Source of the DNA: Octopus bimaculoides
Taxonomy: Eukaryota
Direction: 5' to 3'
NCBI RefSeq assembly: GCF_001194135.2
Contig: NC_069006.1
Span: forward strand, 6,666,256-6,730,255
Length of the DNA: 64,000 nt
The translations under genes and the position numbers were made by a program. The notes beneath the pieces were generated by a model, which saw only the letters and a list, made by a program, of their open reading frames with translations, was not told where the DNA came from and made no database searches. Numbering within the stretch: position 1 is the first letter of the stretch; every line of letters begins with the position of its first letter. Shown here in pieces: positions 26,575-39,429 of this stretch.

Positions 26575-26895
26575 GGAGGTGTATGGCTCACTGGCTAGGG
26601 TATTCGGCTCATGATCGTAAGGTCATGAGTTTGACTCTCGGAGATGCGTTGAGTCCTTGAGTGAAACACTTTACTTCATGCTGCTCCGGTCCACTCAGCT
26701 GGCAAAAATAAGCTGTACTTGCATTTCAAAAGGTGAGCTTTGTCACACTCTGTGTCATGAGGAATCTCACTGAGAACAACGTCAAGGGTACATATGTCTG
26801 TGGAGTGCTCAGCCACTTGCACACTAATTTAACAAGCAAGCTGTTCATTCCATCAGATCAACTGGAATACTTGTTGTCGTAACTGACAGAAATAC
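26575..26895 (+). mobile_element. SINE family D, full length
   Basis: tRNA-like head ggtgtatggctcactggctagggtattcggctc...gagtttgactc, core gagtccttgagtgaaacactttacttcatgctgctcc, tail ctgtggagtgctcagccacttgcac. Confidence 0.88.
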
Positions 26896-26949
26896 CAGTA
26901 TATGTGGTTCTTTATTTGTTGGGCCCAGAGGGGAGAGTGCCCACAGCCT

Positions 26950-27740
26950 ACACAAGGTTTCCACAACTGGAGAAACTGATGCTCCTTAAACTGTTGCAAG
27001 TTGATCTGGCAAGAAGACATGAGCAGGATGGGAGTTTTAGAGGGAGTTCTGGGGAGAAGGAAGTTGGAAGTTGGACACAACATGAATGAAGAGAGGAGAA
27101 ACAAGCTTGAATGGATATGGGATGACTGCAACCAGATCTTTGGACCAGAGGTCATTATAGTAGCTGGAGAAAAGGCAGTGAGAGGACCACTGCACACATA
27201 CACAAACATACCTGTGGGTCAGAGGAGGGACTGTTGTCTGTGAGTGAATTTATACCAATCTGTTAAGTGACCTTTCTTTAAATGTAATCTAGGATATTTG
27301 TGTCTACAGCAGCAGCAGAACTGTCAAAGGTGTGGGAGTAATTACTCCATTGTGAAACTAACTTGAGCTTTGTAGAATGTGGGCAAGTGTTAGGGCTAAA
27401 CTATTTTCTTGCTCTGAAAAGAAGGGCTAGTCAATGGGATGTGGTCATAGCAAGGTTAAGGACATTCTTTCACTTGGAAAGATCTTCAGAGATTGTGAAG
27501 TCTACTGTCTTCTGCTGGAATTATCTTTTTTTTTAGTTCTTCATAAACAAAGGAATTCAGAATAGTTGGATAAAGACAAACACACCTAACGTTAAGCTTG
27601 ATCTGTTAGAAAAATAAGAGTTGGAAGTAACACATAGGCACAGATAAAGTGGTAGTGTGAAACAAGATTGGATGAAGAAGTTAAAATACTTCTGTAGAAA
27701 GTTTCACTGTGAAGGAGGTACACAAGCAAACTGTAAACTA
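26950..27740 (-). mobile_element. Decayed LINE ORF2 C-terminus (CR1/L2/Jockey group)
   Basis: Pieces across frameshifts: ISEDLS..LALLFRARK*FSP, YKAQV.FTME, PLTHR..SSHCLFSSYYNDLWSKDLVAVIP, NLQQFK; this is the motif order of CR1/L2-like ORF2. Confidence 0.8.
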
Positions 27741-28177
27741 GATAACTCAGTTTAAAGAAATTACCTTTCTCTAATTGGTGAGATAGTTGAAGTTGCTAAT
27801 TTCAAAAAACAGCTAATTTTCTTTTTCCTACAACAAAAATTTTTCAGCAAAATTTCCTATAACCATTAAAATGAGACCTATGGCATTAGGCATATCAGGT
27901 GAAGTTATGAAATGTGAGAGTCTCAATTAAGTTCTCAACAGATGTTGCAGATAGTAAAGACATAAGAACATCTAACGTATTCTGAAACAATGACTAAGAT
28001 GTGTAAGGACTGGCTACTTCCATTTTGGTTTCTTGAAACAGTCTAGCATCATGTTAGAACTGGATTGCAATAAACCAGGTTGTCAAGGAGAACTTAATTT
28101 CAGGAAATATTTCTTCTTTTTTTCTTTATTGAAGGTTAGAAGTCAAACCCTTTAACCCCTGATCCAAAGCTATCTAA

Positions 28178-28222
<45 letters not shown>

Positions 28223-28369
28223 CAAACTAAAACTGCAAATTAAATCTTAAAAGTTGCTGAAAGACTCACTGACTTACAACAATGGACTAATTCATTAAAA
28301 TGTTTCGGTATAAATTAGAAGCTTCTCCAAATATGGGTTTTCCTTAAATAGTTAAAGTGAATATTTTAC

Positions 28370-29030
28370 AGCTCGGTGATGTTTCGTATTATTAACTTGC
28401 TGAGGTCTACTTTGTCTATTATCCTGATGGGGTTCATAAAATAAGTACCAGTTGAACACTGGCGTCAATGTAATCAACTAGCTCCATCCCCCAAAATTTC
28501 AGGCCATGTGCCTATAGTAGAAAGAATTATTATTATTATGAATTTTTCTGGTGTTGACAGTGGTGGCAATATAATCAATTTATCCCTCCTCACAAGGCTT
28601 CAGGACTTGTGCCTATACTAGAAAGGATTATTGTTGTTATTATTATTATAATTATTATTATTATTAAGGCAGTGAGCAAGTAGAATCATTAACATGCTGG
28701 ACTCATTTCTGAGTTCAAATTCTGCCAAGGTTAACTTTGCCTTTTAACCTTTTAGGGTCAATAACATAAGTACTAGTTGATCACTTGGGGTGATGTAATT
28801 GAGTAGCCTACTCTCCTGAAATTACTGGCCTTGTGCCAAAATTTGAAACCGTAATCATTAATATTATTATTATTATTATTATTAACTTGGCAGAATCATT
28901 AGCATGCCTGACAAAATACTTAGCGGTATTTTGTTTGTCTTTATGTTCTTTGCTTGTCTTCACGTTCTTTGACTAGCCTCCACTTCCCAAAGAATTTCAG
29001 ACCTTGTGCCTAAATAGAAAGTGTTATTAG
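28370..29030 (+). mobile_element. Head-to-tail array of about 4 SINE family B copies or fragments separated by (ATT)n
   Basis: Repeated aaaatt..aggccttgtgcc tails at ~28495, 28600, 28820 and 28995; heads at ~28370, 28665 and 28885. Confidence 0.82.
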
Positions 29031-29270
29031 CTATCCATCATAAATACAATTTACAGTAATGAAGGATATTAAATCTGAAATGTTCATGGCTTTATTAGGA
29101 AGATGAGTGGAATGAAATAGTTTCAAACTAGAATTAAAGTCCTTTAATTGACTCAGTTTATTGAAAATTTACTTCTATTTTGGCACTCATATTAATCCAA
29201 TATTTGTGTTATTGACAAGTATGGTAGACAGAGAGACCCAATTTTGAAAGTCAGTTGGAATCATTTCACT

Positions 29271-29301
<31 letters not shown>

Positions 29302-30804
29302 TATATTAAAGATGTCAATATTGCTATTCAATAATATTTGTGGATGAGCAAACATCTTTGTAATCCTAGCAGTTGGCATCAAGTTTGGCTGCAGTTATGG
29401 TGAAAGGATCATGAAGTATTAATCACCAAGACCAGGTTTAACTGAAGCTGTCACATCACTGCTGTAGCTGCAGTGGAATGTAAACTGTGTACAGCATACA
29501 CAAAACAACTTGAACAGGTTCGTACACACATCCTCTATAGTCAGTCATGTGTCTACATTAGAAGGGCCAAATCTCAATTAAGAATAGGGCTTAAATTAAA
29601 ATTTTCTAGATGCTGCATGGTTTTGATTAATCGTTTCATTCAAAGAAAAGTATATAAAATCCTGAAGTAGTTGTTTTATGGAGAACTGATTAATGGGAAC
29701 TATAATCTGAGACATTCGAAAAAGCTAGCCTCATGGCCAAGCATCAGTGAGTGGATTTCAAAAACTTCAACAGCTTCAGACATACAATAACAGACAGTGT
29801 TTCAAGAAACACTGATAGTGAATAGGGTTTACATTATTTAAAAACCAGAGAAATGATACAAAACAAAAGCAGTTTCACTTCATTTATGCTATTAATACTC
29901 TTGTGGAAGCATGAGGGTCACAGCTTCATATTTGCTCTCATTCTTACATTTGAGGCTTTGCTGAAAGCCAAATGGAATTATCTTCATTGATACAAGTGTG
30001 AAGGACAGCTTTGAAGATTCAAACACTGCCCTTATGTGTGTTCTTTTGATCATTTTCATATAAGGTTTTCATTGCCCATAGGTGTTACATTGTTCTGTAT
30101 ATTTGCCTGTTTAATAAAACATAATCTAATTTACATAACCTTATTTATACCAACCACACAAACCTTACACAGCTGATTAAACTGAAGTTGTTGATTAATG
30201 GCACCCATACCATTTGAACACATGACCTTTGAGCTTGCAATGTAGAATCTTGAAGCCTCATTGATATTGCTTTTCTAAGTACCAATAAAACAAATTTCAG
30301 TGCCAATGTTCTGTTTATGGCAAAATTGCTGTGAAAATTTCCCATTGTATTTCGTTAATGTTCAACACAAGTTCATATTTTCTAGTATGAAAGAGAAGTG
30401 TTTAAAATTTTATGAGATAAGCAAGATATCATCTCTTCTCCAAAAGGAGTCCTGTAAATAATCTGGAAACTAGACCTCTCTTTTTCTCTCCCTATTTTGA
30501 AGAGCTTCATATAACAACACAGCTAGCCAAAACAGCTACAACACAATAAAACACCAGGCAAATCCATTCATTTCCAAAAGTACTAAGGAAAGCCAAATAT
30601 TGTTTGAAACACTCCCACACAGCTACTTTTTTTTTATATTTTCGTTTTGAAGCTGGTGTATTTTGCTTTGCACTGAATGTTTATGCCACATCATAACACG
30701 CATCTATTTATATCTATTTCTTTCAATATCTCTGAAATATGGTGTAACTGAAACAAAAACTGTATCATATTCAGGTAAGCCTGAAAAAGCATAAAAGCAT
30801 GACT

Positions 30805-31379
30805 TGGCAGGATTGTTGTTGGTAAAGTATTGGAAAAACATCTTGCATTATGATGTTTGTTCCAGCTCTTTATGTTCCAAGTTCAAGTCCTGCCATGGTC
30901 AACTTTGCCTTTCATGTCTTCTGGGTTAATGAACTAAAGTACTAGTCAAGCACTAGGGTTGATGTAATCGACTAACTCCCTACCCTCAAATTTGCTGGCC
31001 AGAAATAATCAACTTATCCTCTACCCCTAGATTTGTTAGCCTTGTACCAAAATTTGAAATCATCATCATCACCAACACCACCATCATCACGGTTGCACAT
31101 TGGCAGAATCATTACTGCATTGCACAATATGTTTTATAGTATTATTATTATTACTATGGTGACGAGCTGGCAGAATTGTTAGCATTTAGTTCATCCTCAC
31201 ATTCTGAGTTCAAATTCCACTGAGGTCAACTATGCCTTTCATCATTTCAGTGTCAATATAATAAAGTACCAGTTGAGCACTAGGTTTGATGTTATTCACT
31301 AGCCTCCACCCCATCAAAATTTCAGGCCTTGTGCTTATAATAGAAAAATTATCGTTATTATTATTATTATTATTATTAT

Positions 31380-31444
<65 letters not shown>

Positions 31445-31445
31445 T
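30805..31445 (+). mobile_element. Second SINE family B array ending in (ATT)n(AGT)n
   Basis: Heads at ~30805, 31098 (fragment) and 31155; duplicated tail at 30985-31070. Confidence 0.8.
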
Positions 31446-32284
31446 CTATTTCATACATTAAGTGAATGATAACCTATGTCCATTTGTTTGCTTGGTTAAT
31501 AGTAAAGAGAAAATATTAGCTTGAATAATTTTCTATGAAAAAGAAAAAGAGAACAAAAACACAACCATACCTCGACCCACCCCCCCGCCGCCGCAAATGA
31601 AATGAGAGATTGTCCAATAAACATCTGTCTCATATACCCTGAACCATTAATTGATAAACCTGGTCAGTAAAACAGAGGGGTGGGTGGTGGTGGGAGAGCT
31701 AAAAGTGTAAAAACAATCTTAACACATAACTGATGTTAATTACATAACAAACTTCATCATATTTTCATCATAAGTTTTGTTTTATTTTGTTTTCAATCTA
31801 TCACTTATATTGACTACTTGTTAAAATACTTTTGATGTTCTTGTCAAAAAAAAAAAAGAAAACAAAAGGTAAAATTAAAATCACTTAAACCGTCTCATCG
31901 GCTTTTATTTCTTTTTAATATCCATTTCTAACCAAACTGAGAAAGAAAGAATCTTCTATTATTTCCACTTATTATACACAAATTTGTGTTTTATGATGAT
32001 AGAGAATTTCATATATGCAATAATGAAGTTGTTGTTGTTTTTTTTTCTTTTTAATTCAACGACTGCTTTCACTGTGTAGTGGTGAATGTTGTGAAATGGT
32101 GTTAGAGCACAATGCAGTTTTAATTTCTAGTTCAAATCATTTCATTTCCCTTACACCATCAAAGCTCTTGGTCACTCCACTTTTCCTCACTCCTAACATA
32201 TAGATGGGGACTTTATGCTTTGGCAGAACAAACCACTAGTAACTTATACTACTGGATGTTCAATATACAAGACCAGTAGTAAAT

Positions 32285-32660
32285 AACTGGCATCATGGGT
32301 TAGATGCTGGCTTCTGAACCATGAGGTCTTGGGTTCAGTCTCCCTGTGAAGCACTTTGGGCAAGTGTCTTCTACTACAGCCTTGGGACAACCAAAGTGAT
32401 TCACTCATTTGTGAGTGAATTTGGTAGATGGAAACTGAAAGAAGCCCATAGTGCGCGCGCACACACACATAAATGAGTGTGTTTTGTCTCCCATCACTGC
32501 TTGTCACCCAGTGTTAGCTTATGTCCCTGTAACTTAGCAGTCCAGCCAAAAGAGACTGACAGAATACGTACCAGACTTAAAAAATAAGTCCTGGGGTCGA
32601 TTTGTTTGACACTAAAACCCTTCAAAGCATGACCAATGATTGAAAGAGTAAAATGTAAGA
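32285..32660 (+). mobile_element. SINE family C, full length
   Basis: cactttgggcaagtgtcttctac core, gaaactgaaagaagccc, tail aataagtcctggggtcgatttg. Confidence 0.85.
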
Positions 32661-33134
32661 TTAGTAGCAACAGACTGTCCTTATATATCAGTCATTTTAG
32701 ACCCATGTACTTTATGATGTTCTAGTTTGTCTATGATACATCTCAATAAGTACAGACAAGCAAATACTGCAACAGGAGTAAGATTTTCATGTGACAGGAT
32801 ACACAGATGTTTTGTATTCCTTGTCTTCTGAAAACCCAGGAATGAATCCGAGATACAAGCTAGCAAAGCATTCAAATATTCAAGATAACCAAACTCATGC
32901 TCCTTTTCAATTATACTGCCATATTGTAACTGATGAGTTTTCATTAATCAGGAGGTTTTCTCTAATGTAACCGTACAGGTATGACCATACTGTAATATTA
33001 TAATATAAACAGTACCACATAGCTGTTCAACCATACTGTAAAATGACTGGACAGCCATACATTGTAACAGGACTGAAAAGTATGACTGTACTGTGACTGT
33101 ATTGTGTGACTGTAGAGTCATGTTACAATATGAA

Positions 33135-33338
33135 GGCAGTGAGCTGACAAGCCACGCAAAATGTTTAGTACCATTTCGTTTGGCTTTATGTTCTGAGTTC
33201 TTCCAGTGAGGTCGACTTTGCTTTCCATCCTTTCAGAGATCAGTAAAATGAGCAGTTGAACACTGGAGTTGATGTAATCAACTTACTTCCTTCCCCAAAA
33301 TTGCTGGCCTTGTGCCAAAATTTGAAACCAATATTATT
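33135..33338 (+). mobile_element. SINE family B
   Basis: aaggcagtgagctgac...gaggtcgactttgc...gtgccaaaatttgaaacca. Confidence 0.82.
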
Positions 33339-33849
33339 ACTGTGCAGTTATATATTGTAACCGGATAGTACAGTTTGATTGTGCAGTTATATTGTAGCTA
33401 ATGAACTTTCTCTCATTAGTAAGCCCTGCTAATTACCTGGTGCAGTGAACTATGGCTCTACATCCAACCATTTATAACTTGTTGGCCTAAATCTCTGTAA
33501 GTGCAAAGAATTGAGAAAATACACAGTGAGGTATCAACTTCTTAACTCTTAGACTGTCAGGTAAGGACCCTAGTAAAACCGTTTTCTTTCAAGTATTTCT
33601 TATGATGATGATACATGCATTTAGAATAAGCCATGTCACCAGAAACCAAAGGAGATAGTTTTCAATTTAGGTTTGTGTAGCATTAAATCAAGAGAAATCT
33701 CTCTCTAGACATAATACTTAATTTATTGTAGATAATCTTGAAAAATCCTGGTGTCCATTTCTAGCAGCTAGGTAAATCCCAATAATCTACAATGATAAGT
33801 CCTACTCAGCATCAATTAAACTTCTGTAACATATTGAGATTATTGTTTG

Positions 33850-34230
33850 GCATGAATGTGCACTTAAGAAGTTTGCTCCCAATCATGTGGCCTTGGGTTC
33901 AGTCTTATCATGCAGTACCTTTGGCAAGTATTTACAACTACAACCTTGGGCTGGCCAAAGCCTTGTAAGTGAATTTGGTAGATGGAAACTGAAAGAAGCC
34001 CATGTATGTATGTATGTATGAATGTGTGTGCATGTGTGTGCTTGTGTCTGTGTTCATCCCCCAACACTACTCCCCATAACGTAGCAGTTCAGCAAGAGAG
34101 TCCAATAGAATAAGTATTAGCCTTAAAAATACAAAGTACTGGGATCAATTCCTTTGACTAAAAATTCTTCCAGGCAGTGTACCTGCATGGCCACAATCTA
34201 ATGACTGAAACTAGTAAAAGATAAAAGATA
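33850..34230 (+). mobile_element. SINE family C, full length
   Basis: Same head, core and tail as 4020-4508. Confidence 0.85.
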
Positions 34231-34844
34231 GTTTATAAAAACCAATTTTTCCCAAACATCAATTAGCTACATTGAAAACCTACTACTGACATTCACTGGC
34301 TGGTCCTATAGGTTAGATCCAATGTCCTCAAGGAAAAATCCATCAAGTCAAAACAAGGGAGTAAAGCCTGTAAATAGTTAGGTAGACTAACGCTATAAGA
34401 ATAATGTTTGTGTTAAGGTTTGAAATTATGATGGTTATGTCAATGATTCAGCTACTAATACTTTAGGAGACAGTATGGCTGAATGGTTAACAAGTTAGTT
34501 TTGCAGTCATGAGGTCCTGGATTCAATCCCATAGCATGACATCTTGGGCAAGAGTCGTTTGTTATTGTGTTGGGTTGATCTGAGCATTGTGAGCGAAATA
34601 GGAAAGCAAGAAGCAATCAGATGAATTATACCTGTGTATGTGTGTGCATATTATCGTGTGGCCATTTCTTAAATGGTTGTAAAACACTTTTGTGTAGGAA
34701 ACTCTTCTGGTTTCAGGCTTCCAGGACCCAGAAATGTAGTGGAATTTGTTTTAGACAAAAGAGAATCTATCTAAGACAAAACAATTTGTCACCACAATCT
34801 GCTGTTTAGTCTAAAACTGAATGTGAATTTTGTTATTTTATTTA

Positions 34845-34874
<30 letters not shown>

Positions 34875-34877
<3 letters not shown>

Positions 34878-35345
34878 CACTGTCATCATTATCATTTAAC
34901 GTCCATTTTCCATGCTGGCATGGGTTGGATTGCTGGCATGTATATATCATCATCATTTAACAGTCGCTTTTCATGCTGGCATGGGTTGGACGGTTTGACA
35001 GGAGCTGGTAAGGATGGGTGCTGCACCGGGCACCAATTATCTGCTTTAACATGGTTTCTATTGCCAGATGTCTTCCTAATGCCAACTACTTTACAGAGTT
35101 ACTGAGTGCTTCTTACGTGGCACCAGTACCAACAGAGTGACCAAGTAATTCGCAAGACAAGAAACCCCTCAGCTGGGAGGAGGCAGTAGTAGTGATGGAG
35201 GAGTGTCCTTTGTACCAGTTGATGAGGTATAAAGAGACAGAGCGAGGAGATGCTGTAGAGTATATACATCAATACTCCAGTTGAAAAAGAAAGGAGGAAG
35301 AGTTAGAGAGTAAGATCAGGAAAGTAATAGTTAGTGACAGAGATG
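34875..35345 (-). mobile_element. RTE 3' end (family A) with a duplicated terminal ~50 nt
   Basis: Two successive tcatcatttaac...catgctggcatgggttgg starts (~34880, ~34947). Confidence 0.75.
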
Positions 35346-35367
35346 GTGGTGAAGATGNNNNNNNNNN

Positions 35368-35404
<37 letters not shown>

Positions 35405-35406
<2 letters not shown>

Positions 35407-35597
35407 TCATCATCATCATCATCATCGTTTAATGTCCGCTTTCCATGCTAGCATGGGTTGGACGATTTGACTGAGGACTGGCGAAACCGGATGGCAACAC
35501 CAGGCTCCAGTCTAATTTGGCAGAGTTTCTACAGCTGGATGCCCTTCCTAACGCCAACCACTCAGAGAGTGTAGTGGGTGCTTTTACGTGTCACCCG
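35405..35597 (-). mobile_element. Well-preserved RTE 3' tail (family A) abutting (GATA)n
   Basis: catcatcgtttaatgtccgctttccatgctagcatgggttggacg...ggatgcccttcctaacgcc; many CpGs retained. Confidence 0.88.
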
Positions 35598-35767
35598 CTA
35601 TATATATATATATATTCAGATGTAGAAAATTATAAAAGAATAAAACAAAACATTTTCAAAATTGTGCATTGCATATATACACACACAAATTTCCAAACAT
35701 ACTTTCTTATATATCCATACATGCATACATTAAAACCTATAGTTTTTTCCCAATATTTCTTAGAGGC

Positions 35768-35812
<45 letters not shown>

Positions 35813-36441
35813 GGGGGCGAAAAAGAAGCTGCTTTTCTAATATCCCATATAGTCAATAAGAGAGATAACTGACTCCTATCACCATCACTAATACTTCCGT
35901 ACAATTTTCCTTATGCATACAGTGACTTTCACCCAATCACTTTTTCTCCCGAAAGCCTGCCATCACCAAACACCCACCATCACCACTCCATAACAATGAC
36001 AGCTATTCAAATCAAAAAGGTCAATGCAAAAATAACAACTTTATTATTATTATTATTATTATTACTATTATTGCTTTGTTTCGATTTTTGTGTTGTTTTT
36101 CTTTCAACAGCAACAGAGCTTTTTTGACTCTTGTATCCCCCCACCATCCACTTGTTATTCCTAATTCCTTTCTAAAGGTACCTCCACATAGATTTCTATC
36201 CAATAGTATCTATCGATTAATTCAGATATAAGAGAACAGTTTTACTTTGGCAGCATTCCAGAGTACATAAAGAGAAGCATCAAATTTGGAAATAAACATT
36301 CAAGCAAAGTTTTGCCAAATTGTTTAGTATAAAATATCAAGATACTTCAGGCAAAATGATCCATCAAGATGAAGTTTGAAAATTCAAAACTATTGAGTGT
36401 TTATATTCTTGGCATAATCCTCAAAAAAGGGGACATCATAA

Positions 36442-36475
<34 letters not shown>

Positions 36476-36722
36476 GGGTAGTGTTAGTAATACTATTCGG
36501 CAACACATTTTATGATGATTAATATGAACAAGTATGACATCAATGATAATAATAATTAATAATATTAATGATAATAGTAATTTCCAAAATGAATGTAATG
36601 CTTTCAGCAAGTAGACTTAGATACCGTGTGTAAGACAATAAGATGACTGTGATGAGATATGAGATTACAAACCATGAAGTAATCATTATGTTATCCATGT
36701 GGTTATTGTTGTGTATAGCAGA

Positions 36723-36757
<35 letters not shown>

Positions 36758-37964
36758 TGATGATGATGATGATGATAATAATAAATTTATTTCCTGTCAA
36801 ATACAAAGAGGAAAGAAGCCAACTGGTATAGCTGAATTTAAATGACCCACATTTCACTGAGCTCAGAGACATTTAAATCTTATATTAACACAGAAAGTAT
36901 TAAAGCAAGATTGGGCAGTGGTTAATACAGATCATTCAAAGCATTTTTAATGTATGTGCCAAGGGCTCCCAGCATTGCAATGGATTTAGAAGAGCTTTCA
37001 AAAACCTCGGAGTAGCTCCTGTAGTTTCTGCAGAGCAACAAAGCATTTTTTATGCTTATTTCACATGTGTACCAATTTCGCCACTCCTCAATAAAATTGA
37101 TTTTTCCCTTTTTTTTTTGACAAAATTAGAGCATAAAAAACAAAATGTTATGGTTATGGTATTTAGTCATGTCTGTTTATGTCCTGAGTTCAATTCTCAC
37201 CAAGGTCATCTTTGCCTTTTGGGGTTGATAGAGTACCAGTTAAAACTAATCCTGAATAATGTAATGTCTGGTGCCAACATTAGACATTATTATTCTTTAT
37301 TCTTTTATTTCTTTTAATGGTTTCAGTCGTAGGACTATGGTCATGCTGGAACACTGGCTTAATTTATTTTCTTTCAGAGATGGAATGAATTTAAAAATAT
37401 ATATATACTCAAATATTTTCAAGAAGTCTGAAAAACCTTGTGTGTGTGTGAGAGAGAGAGAGAGAAAGAGAGGGAGGGAGAGAGAAGGAGAGGGAAAGTG
37501 TGTGTGTAGCGGGGAGAAACGAAATGATGTGTGATTCATGCCTTTCCTAAGCAAAAATTCCATAGATGCATTACATTTTGTAGCCCCCTCCCCTAATACA
37601 AAGCTAAATTCCTTCATTTTTTTTTCTTTCAACAATTGCTTTGAATAATACTGCAGTTTAAATATCTCCCAATCCATTTTCCCTTTCTTAATCCAGACCA
37701 GTAATTAAACAGGAAGGGTGCAGTGAAATCATTCTTGTTACCATCCATGTAAAAAAATTGAAATTTCACTAAAACTCAAGAAAATGTCAATTTTATGATA
37801 ATATTTTATACGTGGTTTAATCAAGTGCAAAGCGGTGTCCATGACCTTCCAAGAATGGTGGAAAAAAGAGAGTAAAATGTGGTCAAAATGAGTCTTGGCC
37901 TGACTGTTTGCATCAGAGCCCTCTGTTAAGACGGTGGTGCTAAATCGAGCACACACACATTTGG

Positions 37965-38265
37965 GTGAAGATGCATGGCTTAGTGGCAAGGGAATTTGGC
38001 TCACAATCAGAAGATTATGCATTCGATTCCTGGTGGTGTATTGTGTCCTTGAGCAAGACACTTTACTTCATGCTGCTCTCATCTACTCTGCTGGGAAAAA
38101 TGAGATGTACCTGTAATTCAAAGGGTCAGCCTTGTTACACTCTGTGTCATGTTGAATTTCTCCGAGAACTACATTAAGGATACACATGTCTGTGGAGTGC
38201 TCAGCCACTTGCACATTAATTTCTGGAGCAGGCTGTTCAGTTGATCATATCATATTGAACCAATG
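37965..38265 (+). mobile_element. SINE family D, full length
   Basis: gcatggcttagtggc head, gtgtccttgagcaagacactttacttcatgctgctc core, same tail as 26575. Confidence 0.88.
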
Positions 38266-38533
38266 GAGAACCTTGCCACACACATTTGGAAAAAAGATTC
38301 AAATTGTCTATGTATTTTTTAAATTTCAGGATGATGAAATATGAAAGGAAGACAAACATATTTACTCTCAATACATTCAACAGGTTTGAATGTGATTAAA
38401 AACACAAGTAATTGCTGTTGTGATTAGTCACAGTAGAGCAGCTTTTCCTTTATAATAAATAAGTGCTTATAAAACATTTGATTCATATTTTCCCAAAACA
38501 CAAAAGTTTCAGTAAACAGTACTTTGGTCCTGG

Positions 38534-38654
38534 ATTGTGTAATATTAAAACAGAAAATGATATCTTAGTCACAGAGGAGACCAGTGTAATTTATTGTGTA
38601 ATATTAAAACAGAAAATGATGTCTTAGTCAGAGAAGAGACCAGTGTAATTTATT
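38534..38654 (+). repeat. 59-bp tandem duplication
   Basis: Units at 38534 and 38593, 56/59 identical. Confidence 0.92.
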
Positions 38655-38728
38655 CAAAATGTTTAGTGTCTATAGTTCATCTAAATGAACTGAGGGCAAC
38701 TAGCAGTAAAGTTAGATAATAGAATGAT

Positions 38729-38963
38729 ATTGTATTTCTGAAATGATTTTGTTGTGCAAATTCATAGAGGTGACCAATTAAGTAACTTAGTGTTACAGAT
38801 AACAACATCATTTGCACCACTAATTTTAAGAAACTTGGTTCAGCTTTTCAGGTTGTCTGACCAGAGGCCATCATATACACAAGTGTATTCATTGGAATGT
38901 ACACTAATGTGAGCATTAAAATCTCCAGTCAATACATTTTGTCATCAATCTGCAAAGGGGATT
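38729..38963 (-). mobile_element. Inverted copy of an RTE endonuclease fragment
   Basis: Reverse complement is ~91% identical to 39584-39810; encodes VLTGDFNAH...GANDVVICNT. Confidence 0.88.
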
Positions 38964-39429
38964 TTTACTTCTTCATGAATAATTTGGCAATAGAGAACCT
39001 TAATGAATAAGTTAGCTTCACTTTCATCTTGAAACTGTTTTATATAAATATCTTCCTTTACTTTGATACCATTAGAGAATCAATTACACGAAACTCTATC
39101 CTAGACGCTTTAATATTGTTACTTCACAATCAAACAAACTATATTGATTTCTTTTCTCAAGCATAACATTTTGTTTTTGTAAGAAGGCTAGAATATAGTT
39201 GAATGATTGGATACCAGTATATTACTGGTGTTTATTTGAAAGACTTTGAAAAGAAAGGTAAAGTCATGATAGGTAGATAGAGAGAAAGAGAGAGAGAGAG
39301 ATATCTTTAACTCAAATTTGAACAGCAGAAAGAGTATATCTTTGTTTCCAAATAACTTCTACTTATAGTTTTTTTTTCTTTTGTTCTCTTCCCCGTATGG
39401 TCTAGTGGCTTCCTGGTTTGTATCCTTGA

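Noticed and set aside
26575-26650. tRNA-like sequences at SINE heads (also 4020, 37965 and others)
   Set aside because: They continue into SINE cores and tails and I could not fold a complete cloverleaf; treated as SINE promoters, not tRNA genes.
30653-30774. Plus-strand 122-nt candidate exon (gaag| and |gtaagc) with one open frame
   Set aside because: No recognisable product and no partner exons; expected by chance in AT-rich DNA.
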